Of a stretch of DNA of 32,000 nucleotides, positions 28,327-32,000 are shown one piece after another. A program made the position numbers and the translations under genes. The stretch is from Nitratidesulfovibrio vulgaris str. Hildenborough (GTDB lineage: Bacteria > Desulfobacterota > Desulfovibrionia > Desulfovibrionales > Desulfovibrionaceae): assembly GCF_000195755.1 (NCBI RefSeq), contig NC_002937.3, positions 3,360,001 to 3,392,000 on the forward strand, read 5' to 3'. Every line of letters starts with the position of its first letter. The first letter of the stretch is position 1. The notes under the pieces were generated by a model, which saw nothing but the letters and a program-made list of their open reading frames with translations, was not told the origin of the DNA and did not search any database.

Positions 28327-29706
28327 CTAGTGGCCGGTTATGCCGTATTTTTTCAGCTTGTACTGGAGCAGGCTCTTGGAGATGCCGAGAAGCTCTGCCG
28401 CTTTCACCTGCACGAATTCGGCGCGCACGAGAGCCCTGCGGATGAGTGCCGCTTCGATCTTCTCCAGCGTGTCGGCAAGGTCGAGACGCACCGGCAAGAG
28501 GTCCACGGCGCTCTTCAGCTGCGACTCCTCGTCACGTATCTCCGGCGGCAGGTCGTCGACCCCCACGGTGTCGCTGGCCACCAGCACGAGGCACCGCTCA
28601 ACCACGTTCTGCAGTTGGCGGATGTTGCCGGGCCATTCGTACCCCGTGAGATAGTCGTGGGCCTCGGGGGTGAAGGTCTTGGGCTTCATGCCGTTGTCAC
28701 GGGCGAGTTTCTCGACGAAATGACCCACCAGCAGGGGAATGTCCTCGCGGCGTTCGCGCAGGGGCGGCAGGGCAACATGGACGACGTTCAGACGGTAGTA
28801 GAGGTCTTCGCGGAACGTTCCGTTCTCCACTTCCTTCTGAAGGTCCTTGTTGGTGGCGGCCACCACGCGGATGTCGACCTCTATCTCGTCGCCGCCGCCC
28901 ACGCGTTCGAAGCGGCGCTCCTGAAGCACCCGCAGCAGTTTCACCTGCAACTCGGGGGTCAGCTCACCGATTTCGTCGAGGAAGAGCGTCCCGCCGTCGG
29001 CCTGTTCGAACCGCCCGCGGCGCATGGCCATGGCCCCGGTGAACGAGCCTTTCTCATGCCCGAACAGCTCGCTTTCGAGTACGCCCGGATTCAGCGCCAT
29101 GCAGTTGACGCTGACGAAGGGCCCGCTGTTGCGGGGCGACGAGAAATGGATGGCCCGGGCCACCAGTTCCTTGCCGGTGCCCGACTCTCCGGTGATGAGC
29201 ACCGTCGAACGGCTGGGGGCGGCCCTGTCGACCATGTCGAGCACTTCGCGGATGGCCTTGCTACGACCGATGATCTGATGCGTGCCGTAGCGCTCTTCGA
29301 GGTTGGCGCGCAGGGCGCGGTACTGGCGGTGTACCCGCGAGAGTTCGGCGGCGTTCTGCACCGAGAGCAGCAGTTCGTCGTTGGAGAACGGTTTGGTGAT
29401 GTAGTCGAAGGCCCCGTACTTCATCACGTCGACGGCCCCTTCGATGGAACCGAACGCGGTCATGATGCACACGGGGATGTGCGGCCACGTCTTCTTGACC
29501 CGTTCGAGCACCTCGCGCCCGGTCACACGCGGCATCTTCATGTCGGTGATGACAACGTCGACCTCGCTCTCCTCAAGAAAGGCGAGGGCCGTCTCGGGGT
29601 CGTTGAGGGCCGTGACAGCGTAGCCCGCGTCCGTAAGCAGGGCTTCGAGCACCAGCAGGTAGTTCTTCTCGTCGTCTATGACGAGGATGTGCGTCGTTTC
29701 GCTCAT
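28327..29706 (-). CDS. sigma-54-dependent response regulator (NtrC family: receiver + AAA+ + Fis-type HTH)
   Basis: ILVIDDE...DVVITDMKMP is the receiver. Walker A GESGTGKE, sigma-54 contact loop ESELFGHEKGSFTGA (GAFTGA variant), FLDEIGEL and RVVAATN are present. The C-terminal HTH is AAELLGISKSLLQYKLKKYGI. There is an ATGA overlap with the upstream kinase. Confidence 0.95.
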   Translation of the reverse strand: MSETTHILVIDDEKNYLLVLEALLTDAGYAVTALNDPETALAFLEESEVDVVITDMKMPRVTGREVLERVKKTWPHIPVCIMTAFGSIEGAVDVMKYGAFDYITKPFSNDELLLSVQNAAELSRVHRQYRALRANLEERYGTHQIIGRSKAIREVLDMVDRAAPSRSTVLITGESGTGKELVARAIHFSSPRNSGPFVSVNCMALNPGVLESELFGHEKGSFTGAMAMRRGRFEQADGGTLFLDEIGELTPELQVKLLRVLQERRFERVGGGDEIEVDIRVVAATNKDLQKEVENGTFREDLYYRLNVVHVALPPLRERREDIPLLVGHFVEKLARDNGMKPKTFTPEAHDYLTGYEWPGNIRQLQNVVERCLVLVASDTVGVDDLPPEIRDEESQLKSAVDLLPVRLDLADTLEKIEAALIRRALVRAEFVQVKAAELLGISKSLLQYKLKKYGITGH

Positions 29707-31229
29707 GGTTGCGTGGGTGTCCGTCCGTTCTGTACGGCGGGCAGGCGCACGGTGACGATGGCGCCGCCCTCCGGGGCGTTGTCGAGTTGGAGCGTGCCGC
29801 CGTGGCTGGTCACGATGCTGTTGACGATGGGCAGTCCCAGTCCCGTGCCGTTCTCCTTGGTGGTGAAGAACGGGTCGAGCAGTTTGGCGCGGGTGTTCTG
29901 GTCGAAGCCGGGGCCGCTGTCGCGGAAGCTCACCTCCACGACGCCGTCATCGGGCAGGGCGCGGCCCTGCATGGTGATGCCACCGGGCCCGTCCATAGCC
30001 TGTACCCCGTTGACCATGATGTTGTAAAACGCCCGGTAGAGCAGGTCCTTGTCTCCGGTCGTCCACAGGTCGGCTGCGGTGTCGCGCGCTATGGTCACGC
30101 CGCGTCGTTCGAGTTCGGGTTCCAGAAAGGTCAGCACCTGATCGAGCACCAGCCCGACTTCAACGGCGTCCTCTCTCGGCTTGCGCGGACGTGCATAGTC
30201 GAGGAAGTCGTTCACCGTCTGGCTGAGGCGCATGGACTCGTCATAGATGGCTTCGAGGATGCGACGCGACATGGCATCGCCGTTACTGGCGCGATTTCCG
30301 TTGCTGCCACCGCTGCCATTGCTGCCACTTATACCGCCGCTGCCGTTGCTCCCCCCGCCACCGCTACCGCCGCCGTTGGCCGCGCGTTTCAGCAGCAACT
30401 CCGCACTGGAGCGGATGATGCCGAGCGGATTGCGAATCTCATGGGCGATGCTGGCGATGACCCGGCCCATGCTGGCAAGCTTCTCGTGCTGGTGCAGTTC
30501 CCGTTCGAGACGCTGCTTCTCCTGCACGCGTTCGGCGAAGATGCGCTCGGCCCGGCGGATGAACATCTGGAGCAAGGCGAACAGCACCACCGAAGACACC
30601 AGCGAGGTGAGCACGATGAGCCACTGGAAGCGCATCACCGTGCCGAGGTCACCCGTGATGTCCTGTGTGAACTCCAGCACGCCCATGACCGCGCCGTCGT
30701 TGTCCAGCGAGCTTTGACGGTTCTCGATGCGCAACGGGTAGATGGTGCGCAGCATGTACGACCCCGGTTCCTGATCGAGCAGGAACATCACCCGCCAGAA
30801 CGAGATACCCGGTACGATGTCGAAGCTGGGTTCGTCGCCCTGCAACGCCTCGTCGGTGTCGGGCGGTGCAAGGTCGGTGCGACCGAGTTCACTGCGGTCG
30901 CTGGAGTACGACACCACCTTGCTGTGGTCGTAGATGCGCAGGCGCGCCACATGCAGCCCGTGGATGGTCGACTGGATGACCTGATCGAGCCGCTCGTACT
31001 GCACGGGCTGGCGCAACGCCACACGCCCGAACCCTATCAGGGTGGGCAGGGTGAAGCGCCGGTATATCTGGTGGTTGAGGTTCTCGGCGAGCAGGATGGC
31101 GAAATCCTGCTGCTTGCGCAGCAACGTCTCGCGGGCGTTGTTGCTGATGACCACCGAAAGCACGATGCTGGAGGTGAGGATGAGCACCAGCGACACCCAT
31201 GACAGCGCACGGGCGAAGCTGAAGGGCAT
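29703..31229 (-). CDS. sensor histidine kinase (2 TM, extracytoplasmic domain, HisKA with Gly/Ser/Asn-rich insertion, HATPase_c)
   Basis: TM1 is LSWVSLVLILTSSIVLSVVI and TM2 is WLIVLTSLVSSVVLFALLQMF. The H-box is ASIAHEIRNPLGII, the N-box FYNIMVNGVQA, and the G-boxes DSGPGF / GTGLGLPI. I prefer the ATG at 31229. The ORF-track start at 31256 is a GTG directly abutting the pgi stop. Confidence 0.9.
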   Translation of the reverse strand: MPFSFARALSWVSLVLILTSSIVLSVVISNNARETLLRKQQDFAILLAENLNHQIYRRFTLPTLIGFGRVALRQPVQYERLDQVIQSTIHGLHVARLRIYDHSKVVSYSSDRSELGRTDLAPPDTDEALQGDEPSFDIVPGISFWRVMFLLDQEPGSYMLRTIYPLRIENRQSSLDNDGAVMGVLEFTQDITGDLGTVMRFQWLIVLTSLVSSVVLFALLQMFIRRAERIFAERVQEKQRLERELHQHEKLASMGRVIASIAHEIRNPLGIIRSSAELLLKRAANGGGSGGGGSNGSGGISGSNGSGGSNGNRASNGDAMSRRILEAIYDESMRLSQTVNDFLDYARPRKPREDAVEVGLVLDQVLTFLEPELERRGVTIARDTAADLWTTGDKDLLYRAFYNIMVNGVQAMDGPGGITMQGRALPDDGVVEVSFRDSGPGFDQNTRAKLLDPFFTTKENGTGLGLPIVNSIVTSHGGTLQLDNAPEGGAIVTVRLPAVQNGRTPTQP

Positions 31230-31256
31230 CCTGCCGTCGTCGAACCTTCCCCCCAC

Positions 31257-32000
31257 CTAGAACTCCTGCCGCTCACCCTCGCGGGCGAGGAACCCGGCGA
31301 GGGCCGAGCCTTCGGCCTCATAGCCGGGGGCACCCAGCTTGGCGTTGGCGAGGCGCTTGCCCAGTTCCACGGCGGGCTGGTCGAGGGGGTTGATGTCGAG
31401 CAGCCACCCCGTGAACAGCGTCGCAAGCTCAAGCAGGGCCATCATGCGGCCCGCGGCCTCGGGGCCAGTGTCGGCCATCTCCAGCGCCACGGTGGGCACG
31501 TCGCACGAAGCGAGCGCCATGCGCGTGCCAAGGGCCTCTGCATGGAGGAGGTCGCCGAAGTGTGCGCCCTTGAGAAAGGCCCACTGGTCGGGAAGCTGTA
31601 ACGGAAAGGCACGCCCCGCAGGCAAAGTGGGGCAGGTGAGGAAGAGGCAGCCCTTGTCGCGCGGGCCGTCGAGGAACATCTGCTGCAGCGAGTGCTGGTC
31701 GGTGACGCCTGTGGCGGGCAGCGGCATGGAGCCTTTGCCTTCCTTGCCGAGGCTTTCGGCCCACAGCTGGGCGAACCACGGGCCGAAGGTCGCCCACAGG
31801 GGGATGTAGGCGAAGAAGATGATCTGGGTGTACCCGTGCGCCATGAGGCTGCGGTTCCACAGGGCAAGCCGCCATGCCGGATGGTCTGCGGGCAGCCCGC
31901 CGTCACGCAAGGGCCGTCCGACGGAGAGTGCGCCGTCGAGCAATGCCCTCCAGTCCATGCCGAGGAACGCCGCAGGCACGAGGCCCACTGCCGAAAGCAC
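31257..32000 (-). CDS. pgi: glucose-6-phosphate isomerase, C-terminal part (5' end outside window)
   Basis: WAESLGKEGKGSMPLPATGVTDQHSLQQMFLDGPRDK and DINPLDQPAVELGKRLA are PGI signature regions. The frame is open to the window edge. Confidence 0.9.
   Translation of the reverse strand: MLSAVGLVPAAFLGMDWRALLDGALSVGRPLRDGGLPADHPAWRLALWNRSLMAHGYTQIIFFAYIPLWATFGPWFAQLWAESLGKEGKGSMPLPATGVTDQHSLQQMFLDGPRDKGCLFLTCPTLPAGRAFPLQLPDQWAFLKGAHFGDLLHAEALGTRMALASCDVPTVALEMADTGPEAAGRMMALLELATLFTGWLLDINPLDQPAVELGKRLANAKLGAPGYEAEGSALAGFLAREGERQEF

Overview
High-GC (visibly about 60-65%) bacterial chromosomal window. Gene content and order (ilvE / dnaX-ybaB-recR / tatD / holB-purA / mltF-like / purH-RNB-plsY / thrC / nox-rhodanese / two two-component operons / pgi) look like core genome of a Desulfovibrio-type sulfate reducer. 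That assignment comes from memory of gene order and is not verified. About 25 protein genes are supportable. I saw no rRNA, tRNA, CRISPR array, transposase, integrase or phage genes. The many long ORFs antisense to real genes are the usual high-GC artefact. Most of the window is ordinary housekeeping DNA. The parts worth a second look are: (1) a tight minus-strand operon of dCache histidine kinase, stand-alone receiver and a PpsA-like ATP-grasp/swivel-His protein that lacks the PEP/pyruvate TIM-barrel (20281-25032). (2) A histidine kinase / sigma-54 activator operon translationally coupled to an unknown 423-aa protein and an isochorismatase-family hydrolase (26398-31256). (3) A gene-free stretch of about 900 bp, partly AT-richer, between thrC and nox, carrying several perfect hairpins and two stem+T6 elements on the + strand, which is a candidate sRNA locus (16787-17698). 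(4) An untranslated region of about 685 bp upstream of the first operon holding a 16-bp x3 and a 14-bp x6 tandem repeat array. (5) Low-complexity insertions in PlsY (about 130-aa C-terminal tail) and in the DHp loop of a histidine kinase. All functional calls rest on motif recognition by eye. No database search was possible.
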